Positions 48,846 to 61,232 are shown, counted from the first letter of the whole stretch. The stretch: DNA of 61,321 nucleotides, filler included, from Squatina squatina (GCA_031763465.1; 4 parts of 3 records of this genome joined end to end with filler, not necessarily neighbours in it), one strand, 5' to 3'. Made by a program: numbers and translations. The notes: generated by a model not told the origin, from the letters alone.

Positions 48846-50419
48846 CTTTGCTGATCTGGGCAGCAGTGAAATTATGCAGTACACTGACTGCACTATCCTA
48901 GATGAACCTTCAAATTCTATGTGGCCATGGCTTCTTTAAATATCCAGGCTGCAAACACATCATCGACGATGTCACCAGACCCGCACCATTCAAATGGGCC
49001 GGGTAACGCGCAGGGTGAGCTTAATGCGCTCTATTAATGTAAAGTAATTTTGTGGATCTGCCATGGTGGTCGCCCACACTGAACCCACCCAGGGAGGGAA
49101 AATTCTGGCCAATGTTCTTGAAAAGTATCCTATTGCAGGATTTTTGACCATTTTCCACGGCAGGGATTTGGAGAAAAAAAACCCTTAAATTTAAAGTAAA
49201 ACATATCACTGATTGCTATGTAGCTATACACCCCAAGAAAAGGATGCTGTCTCATTGTCCACTTTTCTATCTCAGAAAAGGGTCTGGAGGAGATTTTATT
49301 TTGCTCCTAACTCTTGTAATAAGTCTGTGTTGTAATGAGAAATGACCAATGTCATGAAAAGTCTGAGCTGTATTTAATAATTCAGGGGTTTGAGGTACTT
49401 TTCATTTACATACTTCACTATATAAAGGGATAGTGATCATTCATTTATAGGGGACTATGTGACATTACAATTTTAATCTAGACTGGGCTGTGTCTGGATT
49501 TAATGTGATCAGATTATATTTTGTACAATTTTGTTTCATGGAAGACTTGACAATAAATGTAGATTCCTAAGATATTGTCTGGTATGTGTTATGGTTTAAC
49601 CTACATTTCACCAGATCGACACAGATGAAGGTAAAGATAGAGATTTTACAAACTACCTACATTCTTTCATTCCATCCCTCCTCACCTCCCGCCAAATCAT
49701 CGCATTCGACTGTTAAATCATTTCATGATTTTACTTCCATTACCCTATGAAATCTATTCCAACTTCTTTTGTGAAGTACTTCTTACCTGTGAGAATTAGA
49801 TCTAATCTAAGTCTTGGAATTTAGGAGCATAAAAATGGTGGGATCAGGAGCTTGACGAGATGATCTGTGTATCATGCATAATGTGGCAAGTGTTGAGTAC
49901 ATATGCATGAAGTGTTAAGAGTTGTATTGCTTGAGCAGAGGAATGCTAAATTCAAGGACCAGTTGACTACGCTTAAAACACATGGGGAAGAAGGGTTTCC
50001 GGAAGATAGATTCTCGAAGGTAGTGGCTGTAAAGATGAAGATGAATAGTGAAACACAAAAGGGGGTGAGGTTGGAGACTGGAGGAACCAGTACAAGAAAT
50101 CCCTGTGACTCTGGAATAGTGGGTACACGGTCCCTCTTGTAGTGGCCACCAAGGCTCTCTAATGGCGTGCTGCCAGGGTAAGGGACTCAACCGGATGGGA
50201 AAACTTCTACAGTGGAAGAGAAACTAAACCGTGACATAGGAATGTGTAGGATGGGATCTTGCAGAGGCAGTTTGAGGAGTTAGGTTAGAAACATAGAAAA
50301 TAGGAGCAGGAGTAGGCCNNNNNNNNNNNNNNNNNNNNNNNNNNNNNNNNNNNNNNNNNNNNNNNNNNNNNNNNNNNNNNNNNNNNNNNNNNNNNNNNNN
50401 NNNNNNNNNNNNNNNNNNC

Positions 50420-50600
50420 CCAACAAATGACTCTTCCACATCTCAGTCTCACAGTTCATGAGATAAATATGGAGCGAGGAATGCAGGGTCCACAACTGTT
50501 AGCCCATGTGACTTGTTGCTTAAAAGAAAAGAAATGCGATCCTCCACAAAGTGATTCTAAATTTAACTGTTCGCCCAACAGTTGATGTTTCAGCTGGGAG
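50420..50600 (+). promoter_or_regulatory. TRIM54: Putative muscle-type promoter of TRIM54
   Basis: MEF2-consensus CTAAATTTAA (50557-50566) and five E-boxes (caaatg, caactg, catgtg, cagttg, cagctg) within about 270 nt of the ATG. Confidence 0.45.
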
Positions 50601-50686
50601 CAAAAGGTAGAAAAAAACAGAGCTCTGAAGAAAGGAAAAAAATTAATTACTACTTAGCCGATCAAGTGAACCTCCTGATTTCGGGG

Positions 50687-50854
50687 ATGAACCTTGCGGT
50701 GGGCTTCAAACCGATGCTCGGAGACGCACAGACAATGGACAGTTTGGAGAAACAACTTATTTGTCCCATTTGTCTGGAAATGTTCACAAAACCAGTAGTA
50801 ATTTTACCGTGCCAGCATAATTTGTGTAGAAAATGTGCCAATGATGTTTTCCAG
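50687..50854 (+). CDS. TRIM54: TRIM54 (MuRF3) exon 1, N-terminal half of the RING
   Basis: [56 protein letters not shown]|gtagg; the N-terminus resembles human TRIM54 [24 protein letters not shown]. Confidence 0.95.
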
Positions 50855-51411
50855 GTAGGTGTTTCAATTATTACCAATACTTGGCTGTTGTACAGTTAAT
50901 TTTAGTGTACTAATAATAGATTGGACATTAGAGTACCTGCTTTCTGTGTTTATAATTTTTGTTAAAATGTATGGGCTTTTTATGAAGCTGGAAAGTGCCC
51001 TTCAAACAAAATATTTTTGATGAGACTGTTTTAATGTTCTTTTTAAGCCTGTTTGTGTGTGAGGTTGCCTTGATGGCAGAACTGTGAGTTAAGGGATAAT
51101 GGAAGGGACAATGAGAAAGGAATAAATGTCAGATCACAAACGTTGGNNNNNNNNNNAGGGGGAGAAATCAAGATGAAGTCCAGCCCGTCCCTTTTTATAA
51201 AAAAAACACACACTTCTCACTGTCTGACCTATGGAAGATAGAAGATCATGGAAGAAAAAAATAGTAATGCAAAAGTGAAAAAACTACAAAAAGACAAAGC
51301 TTGAGAAAGAGACAAAGTAGAATGAGAGTAAGAGGTGGCCTAGCTGAATAATACTTTTAGGGCTGATTGACATTTTCATTTGATATATAATTCCCAGNNN
51401 NNNNNNNNNNN

Positions 51412-51565
51412 AGTCGAGAGGCACCACTACAGTGCCTTCAGGGGGTCGCTTTCGTTGTCCTTCCTGCCGACATGAGGTAGTGCTGGATCGCCATGGAGTA
51501 TACGGCCTGCAGAGAAATCTCCTGGTGGAAAATATCATTGACATCTACAAGCAAGAATCATCCAG
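51412..51565 (+). CDS. TRIM54: TRIM54 exon 2 (start masked by N)
   Basis: [50 protein letters not shown](R)|gt. Confidence 0.95.
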
Positions 51566-52506
51566 GTTACGCAATGTGCTTTATTTATAGAGACAGCTGG
51601 ACAGAAGGTCCATGTGCTTTAGTGAATGGTCTGCAACCATAGAAAATGTTTCATTATTCCGTAGTTGTTTTTTGTTTTTGCTATTTCCTTGTGTGTGCTG
51701 TACCACCCTTTTACGACCATTTGTTCCCACATTGTTCTTTCAGCTGAGGTAGGGAAAAAGTAATTTTTCCACCAGTACCATTTGGGCATTTAACTGATAG
51801 TAAATGTGAAGAGACAGCATCAAATCCCCTTGGGAATGGGGCAGAATGAAGTAAAATGCTCCACAATGGGAATCCAAATAAGAATGGGTAAAAATGGTCA
51901 CAATTTTTAAATCAAAAATCAGCAAAGTTGAAAAGAATTAGAGATGATGAGGTTAAGGCAGGCAATACTGATTAGGGGGCATCATGCTTGGGATTTAAAA
52001 CCTGAAAACTGTAGGAGGAAAGCTGGAAAATGTTGAGTTCTACAGTTTTGAGATTGTTGGGTGAACATAGAGTTATGGTTCTTTTACACTAAGCTGGGGT
52101 TTGGGAGCAATGTTCAAACAGACATCTATGACCTTGGTGGCCCACTGTTTCCTCTTCAACTTTTTCTTGAAGTTTACAGCATAGAAGGAGGCCATTTGGT
52201 CCATCATGTCTGAGCTGACTCTGTTAGAGCAATCCAAAACTAATCCTATTGCCTTGCTCTCTCTTAATAACCCTGTGTCTTCCTCTGCTCCAAATACATA
52301 TTCAGTTTCCCCTTAGAAGATGCAATGGCCTCTGCCCTCAACTATTCCCTGCAGCCAAGAATTCCAGGTTCCAACAACTTTTGGTGTTCCAAATCAATTC
52401 AGGCCANNNNNNNNNNNNNNNNNNNNNNNNNNNNNNNNNNNNNNNNNNNNNNNNNNNNNNNNNNNNNNNNNNNNNNNNNNNNNNNNNNNNNNNNNNNNNN
52501 NNNNNN

Positions 52507-52650
52507 TCTATCACTCGTGAACAGGAGGAGAAAGTGCAGTATGTGCGATCTCTGATGAGGCAACACGGAGATCACTTGGAGGGAGCCAGCAAGCTGGTCG
52601 AAACAGCTCTGCAATCCATGGAGGAACCACAGATGGCAGTGTTCCTGCAG
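52507..52650 (+). CDS. TRIM54: TRIM54 coiled-coil exon, 3' part
   Basis: [48 protein letters not shown]|gt. Confidence 0.93.
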
Positions 52651-52752
52651 GTCTGCATATCGCTTGCTTTTTGTGTTTCTTTTAGGATTGTTGTGGATTT
52701 TTCTGTCTTTATTTGCAATGCAGGTCATTTTATGTATTTCTTCTGTTCACAG

Positions 52753-52775
52753 AATACAAAGCAGCTGATTAAAAA
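52753..52775 (+). CDS. TRIM54: TRIM54 23-nt exon
   Basis: cacag|AATACAAAGCAGCTGATTAAAAA|gtaagt = NTKQLIK(K), equivalent to human QAKELINK. Confidence 0.85.
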
Positions 52776-54539
52776 GTAAGTCAATTTTAAGAGTATGCAA
52801 TTAAAAACACATCTTTGTTTGTGCTGTAATAGTTATCCAGTAAGGTTTACTTGAATAAAATCTCTGATCTTCATTAATGAGGCGCCTTAAATACCTTTCA
52901 ATTTCTGTCATTGCCTTCAATCTTCCCTCTTGCACTCTCTGACACACAAATTCTCTCTCTTCCTCTCACTTCACACACTTGCTGCACAGTGTCTCCCTCT
53001 CTATGTCTCGCACTCAGTCTCACACGCTCTCACTTCCATAGCTCCTCTTTCTGTTGAGAGTGAATGAATGAGTTGCAGATGTCTCAGTACCGTACTAATG
53101 ACAATAGGAAATTTGCTCCTGGTGGGAAACATGCATTGCCTCTCATAGATCAGGAGTGGGCATTGTTCCTCCAAGCAGGTTTTCTTCAAACAGTGGCAAT
53201 TGTCCTTGTATTCATCCATGGGGGACATATATTTATACTAGCTCTGTGACTTGATGGAATAAGCACCATTTGGTATGCCAGTGTAATCACATTTAGATAT
53301 GCATTTAGAATGCTTTCAATGCTGTAACCAGTTGCATCAGGAGAGGGAAGAAACAGCTCACAATCCTGAATGCGAATTTAAAATACCCTTCATAGGTTTT
53401 GTAATTAAAACTAAACCCAAATTACAATTTCAAACAAAATTTCTCCACACTCTCACATTTTCAGATGGAAGCTAATTTATGTGAATGATGTTAAAAGGGA
53501 AGCGTATTACTGGCAAAATACACACAGATAAAACAAAAACAAAGCTCCCCCCTTTTTAGACTATTACAATAAACATTGAGAACACACAAGACATAACCAC
53601 CATTTCCATACAGTCAGAATATGTATAAATTATTGGCAAAATATTAAGGTATTGCACACAAAGTTTGAGTTAACTATCTGCCCATCCCAGATCAGTGCTG
53701 CATTAATATTTCTGCTAGTTTACAAAACAAGGCATCATTTCATAACTGTAAAGAAATATTCAAAGATTGAGATTCATCTGCATGATCAGGGCACTAGGTG
53801 CTTTGCAAGATGTAAGGTAATCAGGTTAGAAGGTTAATTCCTCAAACATTTGTCCTACCTCAATAAAATACCTCCGTTTATCTGTCCAATGGTGTGTGAA
53901 NNNNNNNNNNNNNNNNNNNNNNNNNNNNNNNNNNNNNNNNNNNNNNNNNNNNNNNNNNNNNNNNNNNNNNNNNNNNNNNNNNNNNNNNNNNNNNNNNNNN
54001 AAAACTCTTTCAGTAGTGGTGTGTTCAAGATTAAACATATGAGCAAATACTATCTTAACCTCAAGACAATTTCTAATTTGTAATTTCCTCTAAATTCTAC
54101 CCCCAATCCTAAATTCTAGCATTAATTAAACTGTTAGCTACTCCGATCACCCAACTATTATAACATCTACATTTCAATGTATTAATTTATACAGGAATTT
54201 TAACAGCCAGGGTTGTTAGGCTGCATCTTTGGATTCTGTTTTCCATCAATACACAGCCTTTCCAGACTGAACAAAGTGTTGAGTCAAAATAATGCTTTTA
54301 AAGAATTTTTATGACAAAAATAATTTATTTCATACTGAACAGTTATTTCATGAATATTCTATTTATTTGGTAATTTTTGGAATAGAACATTTCTTTCAGT
54401 TTTACACGAGTTTTGTAAGACAGATTTGGTTAGTGCATTATTTAGTGACTTTGGGGATCCACATGATGAATCTCTGAAAGGTTAAACTAAGTTGATGACA
54501 GAATGAACTAATTACACTGCTATATTCGAGATACATATA

Positions 54540-55032
54540 TCACTTGCCAACTGCTTCCATAATTTCACGATTTTTCTCTGCCTGCATCCATTGATCCTCA
54601 GTCTTGGCAAACTTCATCATTTCCCTCATGATGTGAAATGTGAGATCCAAGGAAATGGGTGGGTCAGCGGGTCTCTTTGAGAGAGCTGCAAAGGCCCCTA
54701 CCATATCTTGGCCAACTTCTTGGGAGGTCATGGGGTTTTCTGCATTGAGGGAAAGTTTACGCAGGAGAGGGCTGGATTCTTTAACAAAGATCTCTTTCAT
54801 ATTCTGGAGGTAGCCGAGAGTGAATCATCATGTACTTGGGATTTTGCCCCAAAGACCGGAGTTACCTTTCCCGCAGAATGTAGAAAAGAGATTGGTCAAC
54901 GTCATCAGTAGTTGTGTTGACATTGGAACCCCGTCTGTCAAAGATACTTAGATCCACAGCACGACACACAGCAGGAGGGATGCGAGTGACAAGTAGTAAG
55001 GCCGCAAGGAAAATCAAAGGAGTTGGCATCAT
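54540..55032 (-). pseudogene. UCN: Urotensin-I / urocortin-1 precursor with disrupted reading frame; mature 41-aa peptide intact at 54549-54671
   Basis: Acceptor ttttcag| at 55046, signal peptide MMPTPLIFLAALLLVTRIPPAVC, TAA at 54862-54864, then a +1 frame change before KR|PADPPISLDLTFHIMREMMKFAKTEDQWMQAEKNREIMEAV|GK*. Convergent with TRIM54, as human UCN is. Family identity is very secure; pseudogene status is less so. Confidence 0.75.
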
Positions 55033-55149
55033 GCTGGATAGAAATCTGAAAATGAAGACATGAGAATCTGAGTTATAATAGAACTTGATATGGTAATAAT
55101 AAATTATGTATGGCAGCACCTAGTTTCAGAGACCAAATAACAAGACAGC

Positions 55150-55508
55150 GAGGACTAGGAATTGCATAACGCCCTGCTTGGGGCGATAACTTTTGCAAGA
55201 GCGCAAAAGTATCGCCAGGCGAAAAAGATTTTCAGCTGACAAGAACTTCTGCTTTGCCGCTCCAAGAGGGAAGTGGAGTGTTAAATCAAGCGCTATCACT
55301 TCCCTTAGAGTGCTAAAGGGAGTGAGGGAGCGGTATCGGTGGAGCGCTGCACCTGATGGGGACCCTCCTTCGTTAACATGCTCTATGACGCTGAGTACCG
55401 GTGGGCAGCGGAACGGCCCGGGGATCCCAGAGGTGCAACGAGTGCGGAAGCGTACCTGGGATCACGTGGGCGTGGTGCTCCAATCAGTACACTGAAGGGA
55501 AAGTGTCC
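55150..55508. mobile_element. GC-rich non-autonomous DNA transposon-like insertion
   Basis: Abrupt GC/CpG-rich block with an internal inverted repeat (ggcgataacttttgc...gcaaaagtatcgcc); the other end lies in a gap. Confidence 0.45.
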
Positions 55509-57347
55509 NNNNNNNNNNNNNNNNNNNNNNNNNNNNNNNNNNNNNNNNNNNNNNNNNNNNNNNNNNNNNNNNNNNNNNNNNNNNNNNNNNNNNNNNNNNN
55601 NNNNNNNNCGTGAAGTTTCTCAGATGGAAGTTCTATCCTGTCATTGACTATCTTCAATACAAAAACATAGCCCACAAATTCTACTTTTCAGTCCTCAGTA
55701 GTTTCTTTCTGTGATTTATAGGTTATATATCCAGTATTATCAGTAGTTCTCTGATGAGGGTATGGGGTAAGAGTTTGTCAAATAGCAACTGATGCTTTAA
55801 GTTTCATGACAGTTATACACAACTGTAACTTCTACAACATGAAAAATAACAAATATCTCCAGAAGCTTCAGGGTATCTGCTTTTATGAAGATACTGGGAG
55901 TTAAATTTGAATCAAAACACAAGCCAAGCTGAAAGTGTGTGATCATAAAAGGCAGCTTTTCAGATATGCTTCCTATAATGTTGCAAGAACAGTCTTCACT
56001 GACAATCAATCCCAACAGAATAGTCCCATATCTGTACTGAATGAGTTATGCCCACAGGAACCAAAGTATCAAATTACGTTATCAGCTCAAGGATGAAGTC
56101 CTTTATAGACTGCCAGATAATCTCCGGGTTGGGATATTTATCTACCTCCTATGCTGACCGTAGACCTTGCAGGCTAACTGAGACAATTAATCACCCTTAC
56201 TGAGGAATCCAGTGTTTCTCTCTGAAATCAATATTGAAGCTGTCAAATTTCCATCTAAAGTAGTCTGTCCTTTCCTGGAGAAATAAACCAATATAAAGCT
56301 TTTTTCCCCCCTCTCGCTTTAAAACTGTAATCATTAGATCAGACCCAAAGGTGCTTGAATCCTTGAACTGTTTCAGTAATTAAATAGCAGAATCTACTCA
56401 AAGTCAGCAAAGAGCTACACTTATTTGCCTCATCAATAAATGTTGCTGCATGAACATTAAGCATTGCTCACTATGACTGTCACAATTGCCTGGTAATTTT
56501 CCAATTCTAGTATGTCAAAGTAATGTTTCGGGGATTTATGGGGAACAAATTCTCTGATGNNNNNNNNNNNNNNNNNNNNNNNNNNNNNNNNNNNNNNNNN
56601 NNNNNNNNNNNNNNNNNNNNNNNNNNNNNNNNNNNNNNNNNNNNNNNNNNNNNNNNNNNCCGAGCCCCTCCCCTGCCACAATGAGCAAACAGGTAGGCTA
56701 ATAGAGACCTGGCGATACTGGGGAAACCAGCATTAACTATATTCCTTGCTGTGAACCCAAGTCTGAAGTGTTGGGAGAAAGCCTGCACACTAAATTGTAG
56801 GCTTATTTCTTCTGTAAATTGTACAATTCAAAACATATCTTCAATATATCAGATCAAGGAATTTCTTTTCAACTGGGAAGACAAATCTGTTGTTAAATGA
56901 AGTTTGAGTGACAACCTTGCAGCCATTCTGGTGGCTTGCTTGCTTTTCACATTTCCCTTACATGCCAACCAACTTGGTTCAGTGAACAATCAGTATCTGG
57001 CAAGAGTCTGCATTTGTCTCATGCATTCAATATTTCAAAGCCATGAATCGACTTCTGATGCAACTGACCACCACCATTAAGGACATCTCTAGATGGTTTT
57101 TTGTACACTGACTTTCTCTCCATAAAACATCTCAACCAACTACAAAAAATAATTTTACCATAGTCATATAAAAAGATAGACACAAATGTTATCTTTAAAA
57201 GCATGACAGAGCCCCCTTTCCTCACAATGAGGTCTTTCTTATATTCACCATTTACCAGAGATTGTAATTCAAATCTGCAAAGGTGTAGTGGAGTGCTTAA
57301 AAAAAAACAGCAATCTGTAACCCCCGTTTAAACAACTGATTACTCAC

Positions 57348-57455
57348 CAGAAGAACTCGGACTGCCATCATAGCAGCAGCTCCTGTTGACACTGTACTGT
57401 CCATCAGAACAACATAATCCTCACTGATATCCTTCGGTAATCGAAGATAATGTAG
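57348..57455 (-). CDS. UCKL1: Uridine-cytidine kinase-like 1 family exon (UPRT-like domain)
   Basis: Bounded by tgtatag| and |gtgagt. Translates [36 protein letters not shown] (human [36 protein letters not shown]); may be a paralogue. Confidence 0.9.
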
Positions 57456-60294
57456 CTATACAAAAGTAAGAAATCAATCAATCCAAAGCCAAGAAGCAAG
57501 ACCATTTTCATCTTTTTTATTTTTTGAAATGTCTAACTTAACTCTTGAACTGCATACCAGAAATACTTTTATTCTAAATTAATCAACCAGAAAATTGTCC
57601 ATGTTGAAAATGGTTAATCTCATAAGAACTGTGACATACAGTATTATTAGATCCTGGAAAATAGTTACATAATTCCAGGTTCTGGATCCTATGGGAATAG
57701 GCTAGGACAATTATACACAGATGCCAGTGTAATGAACTGCCATCAGCCATTTGCTTATAGGTCTTGAAGCCTGAAAGCCATGATCTTTCAAAAGATTTTT
57801 CAAATTTTCTCCATTTTCATTTAAATAGTGAGCATTTGGCACTTAATTTCAAAAGAACTATGAAATCTCCCAGTGGAGNNNNNNNNNNNNNNNNNNNNNN
57901 NNNNNNNNNNNNNNNNNNNNNNNNNNNNNNNNNNNNNNNNNNNNNNNNNNNNNNNNNNNNNNNNNNNNNNNNNNNNNNCATCTTGAAAACTCTCAGGCCT
58001 TTTCAATGTTCATAACAGGGCACCTAAATAATAGAATTAACATAGAAATCAACATATTTATATACTACATCGCTCCAAATTTAAAAAAACCATGAATACC
58101 ATTTCTATTTAAATGCTTATTTTAAACACAAGATAAATACAGAGTACCTGCAAAATCCAGAGCACACACATCTGAATATAAAACTTATTTGTTCACTCAA
58201 CTCATTAATATTCAAAAAACCTCCAACTTTTTAAAAACAACTTGTGATGAAAGCCAAGACAAGAGACAACTTAAGATGCAAAGAAGCCAAACAGCAAGAA
58301 AAATAAAATTAACTGCAAATTAACATTAAGAGTTGAAAACAAAACTCAAAATACACAAGTTGTCCTCACATATCCCAGCGAAGTTTCCTCTGTTCAGTTC
58401 AGAATTATTCAATGCGAGACAATTGATGAAATAGTCATGGACAGAAAGAGAAGACATCTATATTAGGTGCTAGCACAAAGAAAAGCTCACATGTACTGAG
58501 AAAGCATCAGGGAGCTGTCCAAAATTCATTTTTGTAACAAGGTATTTCTGGAAAGAGAAAGGGGACAACTTCCTGACAACACCCATAAAATTTTGTAAAG
58601 AAATCAGAAAATAAATCACATCATCTCTGTTCCCCCTCCTTCTGTATATCACAAAATCCTTCAGTTGCTGGTTCCCAATGTGAATGTTTTCATATACAAT
58701 TGGCTGCTTCACTAAAACTCTATCCTTGGAAACAAAAATTTTATAGTAAGGTGCTAGTTATGAAGAGTTTTATATAGTTTATCAAATGCAGGAGCTATTA
58801 AAAAAAGTGTTACTTCACAGTCTTGAGATATGGGCGATACTTAATGCTGCACTTATTGTCCGCCCCTAGTATTTGAGAGCTGAACAATGACATTTAGTTA
58901 TCTAAATGATTTTTGGACACAACCCAATTGCTAGTTATTTAGATGGTATTTTGCAATTTCATAGGTGCTACTTATAAATTATATATATTTTACAATAGGA
59001 AAATAAATGTGGAAAATGTGTAAGAGAAAAATAGCCTAAAATACAACACAGTACGTTTTATCATTCCGGCCTAAGTTCTGGGAAAAGGGATTTAAAAGTC
59101 CTAATCCATAATTCTTTACTCCATTAAAGTAGGACACTCTCAGTCTCAATGTAGAAAATATAATGAATCATTCAGACACATTTTATGTTATAAAGAAAAT
59201 ATCTGCAACGACATTAAGTGATTTACACCTCACTGCAATTTGGCTTTCCAATCCAATATACAGCTTTTAAATATTTTCCTTTTGAGCTGGGACTTAAAAC
59301 CAACTTGTAAAATATCATCGATGGACTCCAACATTTTCAACGTACCGCGTACGCCAAAGATAGCAATCCTCGGACAATTTACAATGGCAATCATTTACAG
59401 ATTTGGTAAGTGCTTTCATGTTGCCAAAGTTATGAGATTTACTGCTTGTTCGATGAAACCATGTGGAGCTAAGCAGACCCAGCCTGGACTGAGAAGTGGG
59501 CACAAAGCTTCCTCCATCTCTATATTTTATGATTACATGGATGCAAATTCAACAGAATGACTACGACACCAGGCATCTANNNNNNNNNNNNNNNNNNNNN
59601 NNNNNNNNNNNNNNNNNNNNNNNNNNNNNNNNNNNNNNNNNNNNNNNNNNNNNNNNNNNNNNNNNNNNNNNNNNNNNNNGGGCTGAAGGAAAGGCTGCTT
59701 TTATCTGTGACTGCTTTAAAGATATCAGCAAAAGGAAAAAATGATTGTACAGTCAAAATAATGAATATAATACCAGGTGGTACATATAACACTCTTTAAT
59801 AATTCACATTGCTTTTATATTTAACGGCCAAAATGCCAATGGAAATAAGGCAAGGTGGCCTATCTTGGAAAAGTCTTTGAGAGTGCATGAGGTAATTCAT
59901 ATGGAGAGAGTTGTTTAACTGTAATGGTAAGAAAGAGGTTGGAGGGCTGTACAGACCACCCAGCAACGTACCATTTCTGATAATGTGGTACCAGCAGGTG
60001 AGTATTCCCGTCAGGAGAGCGAAGTCGGAAAATTACTCTTCAAGTGAGTCAATTAGCAGCCCAGAAGCTGCACACTTTGAAGCCTGCATAATTAATGAAA
60101 GATGAAAGGAATAAGGGGCAACAATTGTGACGAAACCAACACTGCTGGGGTCTACTAATCCATCAGAGGGTAACTACTCTAGAAACTGTTGAACGTATGA
60201 AACCAACTAACTCCCACTAAAAGGTACAGTGATGAATATCAACACCATTAACATTCAGCAATCAATAAATATTTATGAACCTGATGTAGGATAG

Positions 60295-60540
60295 AATCAT
60301 AGAAATTTATGGAATAGAAGGAGGCCACTCAGCCCATCATGTCTGTGCCAGCTCTCTGAATGAGCTATGCAATTAGTTCCACTTCTCCTGCTCTTTTCCC
60401 TTAGCCCTGCAAATTTTCAAGTGTTTATCTTTTGAAAGTTCCTGTTGAATCAGCTTCCACCAGCTTTTCAGGCAGTATGTTCCAGATCACAACAACTTAA
60501 ATTTTTAAAAAAATCCCCTCATCTCCCCACTCCACTACAT
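60295..60540 (-). mobile_element. CR1-like 3' fragment
   Basis: atagaaggaggccactcagcccatcatgtctgtgccagctct...; a related copy lies at about 52180-52380. Confidence 0.6.
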
Positions 60541-61195
60541 TTTTCACCAATTATCTTAAATGAAACTTGAATTATTTGAAAGCGAAGTTGATTTGCTACT
60601 CGAAAGATCGGCTTTAATGCCTTTTTTAGTCAGTTTGGGTAGAATACAGCTTAAGATACAAAGCACAGCCAATTCATTAAATTTGAGCACAGAAAGAATT
60701 ATGTATTTGTGGCTGAAAACATACCATTGAAATAACCAGTTTTGTAGTTGGCTCTATGCATCTAAACATCTTGACATGTTATTAAAAAGGAAGGAGGAGT
60801 GTTTGAAACAAAGACAGACTGAGGCACATAGCAGCTATAGTCAGATGAAATTTTGCTCATTTTTGAAAGGCCATCAGTGGTGCCTATAGCTTCATCATGT
60901 TCCTTCTCCCTTTTTGTAGACTAAAAACATTACTCTTCTTGTCATACCTTACAGTGATTTCACGCTGTGGTGATTACAGTAAATTCGTTCAGGATTTATC
61001 AAGTATTTCATTACCACACATGGGAGGAAAGAAATAAAAATGAAAGTCATTCTCATTAGCGGGATCATTCAATATCAAGCTGCAACTGTTCAAGTACAAA
61101 AAAGCATTCTGTGTGCATTTTGCCATGAATAAAGCCAGTCTTCACTTCTTTTTTGATTTGATGTTATAATGGAGGCCATTCTTCCTGAAATATTC

Positions 61196-61197
<2 letters not shown>

Positions 61198-61230
<33 letters not shown>
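61198..61230. repeat. (CA)n microsatellite
   Basis: About 16 CA units. Confidence 0.95.

Positions 61231-61232
<2 letters not shown>

Noticed and set aside
51566-52506. Apparent loss of the TRIM54 B-box exons
   Set aside because: A 100-N gap of unknown true size lies in this interval, so absence is uninformative.
53001-53228. Cys-rich 75-aa ORF downstream of TRIM54 exons
   Set aside because: No signal peptide, domain pattern or splice support; it ends in low-complexity sequence.
36486-55032. ADM and UCN as a peptide-hormone gene cluster
   Set aside because: They are separated by an artificial linker and belong to different synteny blocks.
59287-59405. Plus-strand exon-like segment ending at gtaag
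   Set aside because: The acceptor is an atypical GAG and no frame resembles a known protein.
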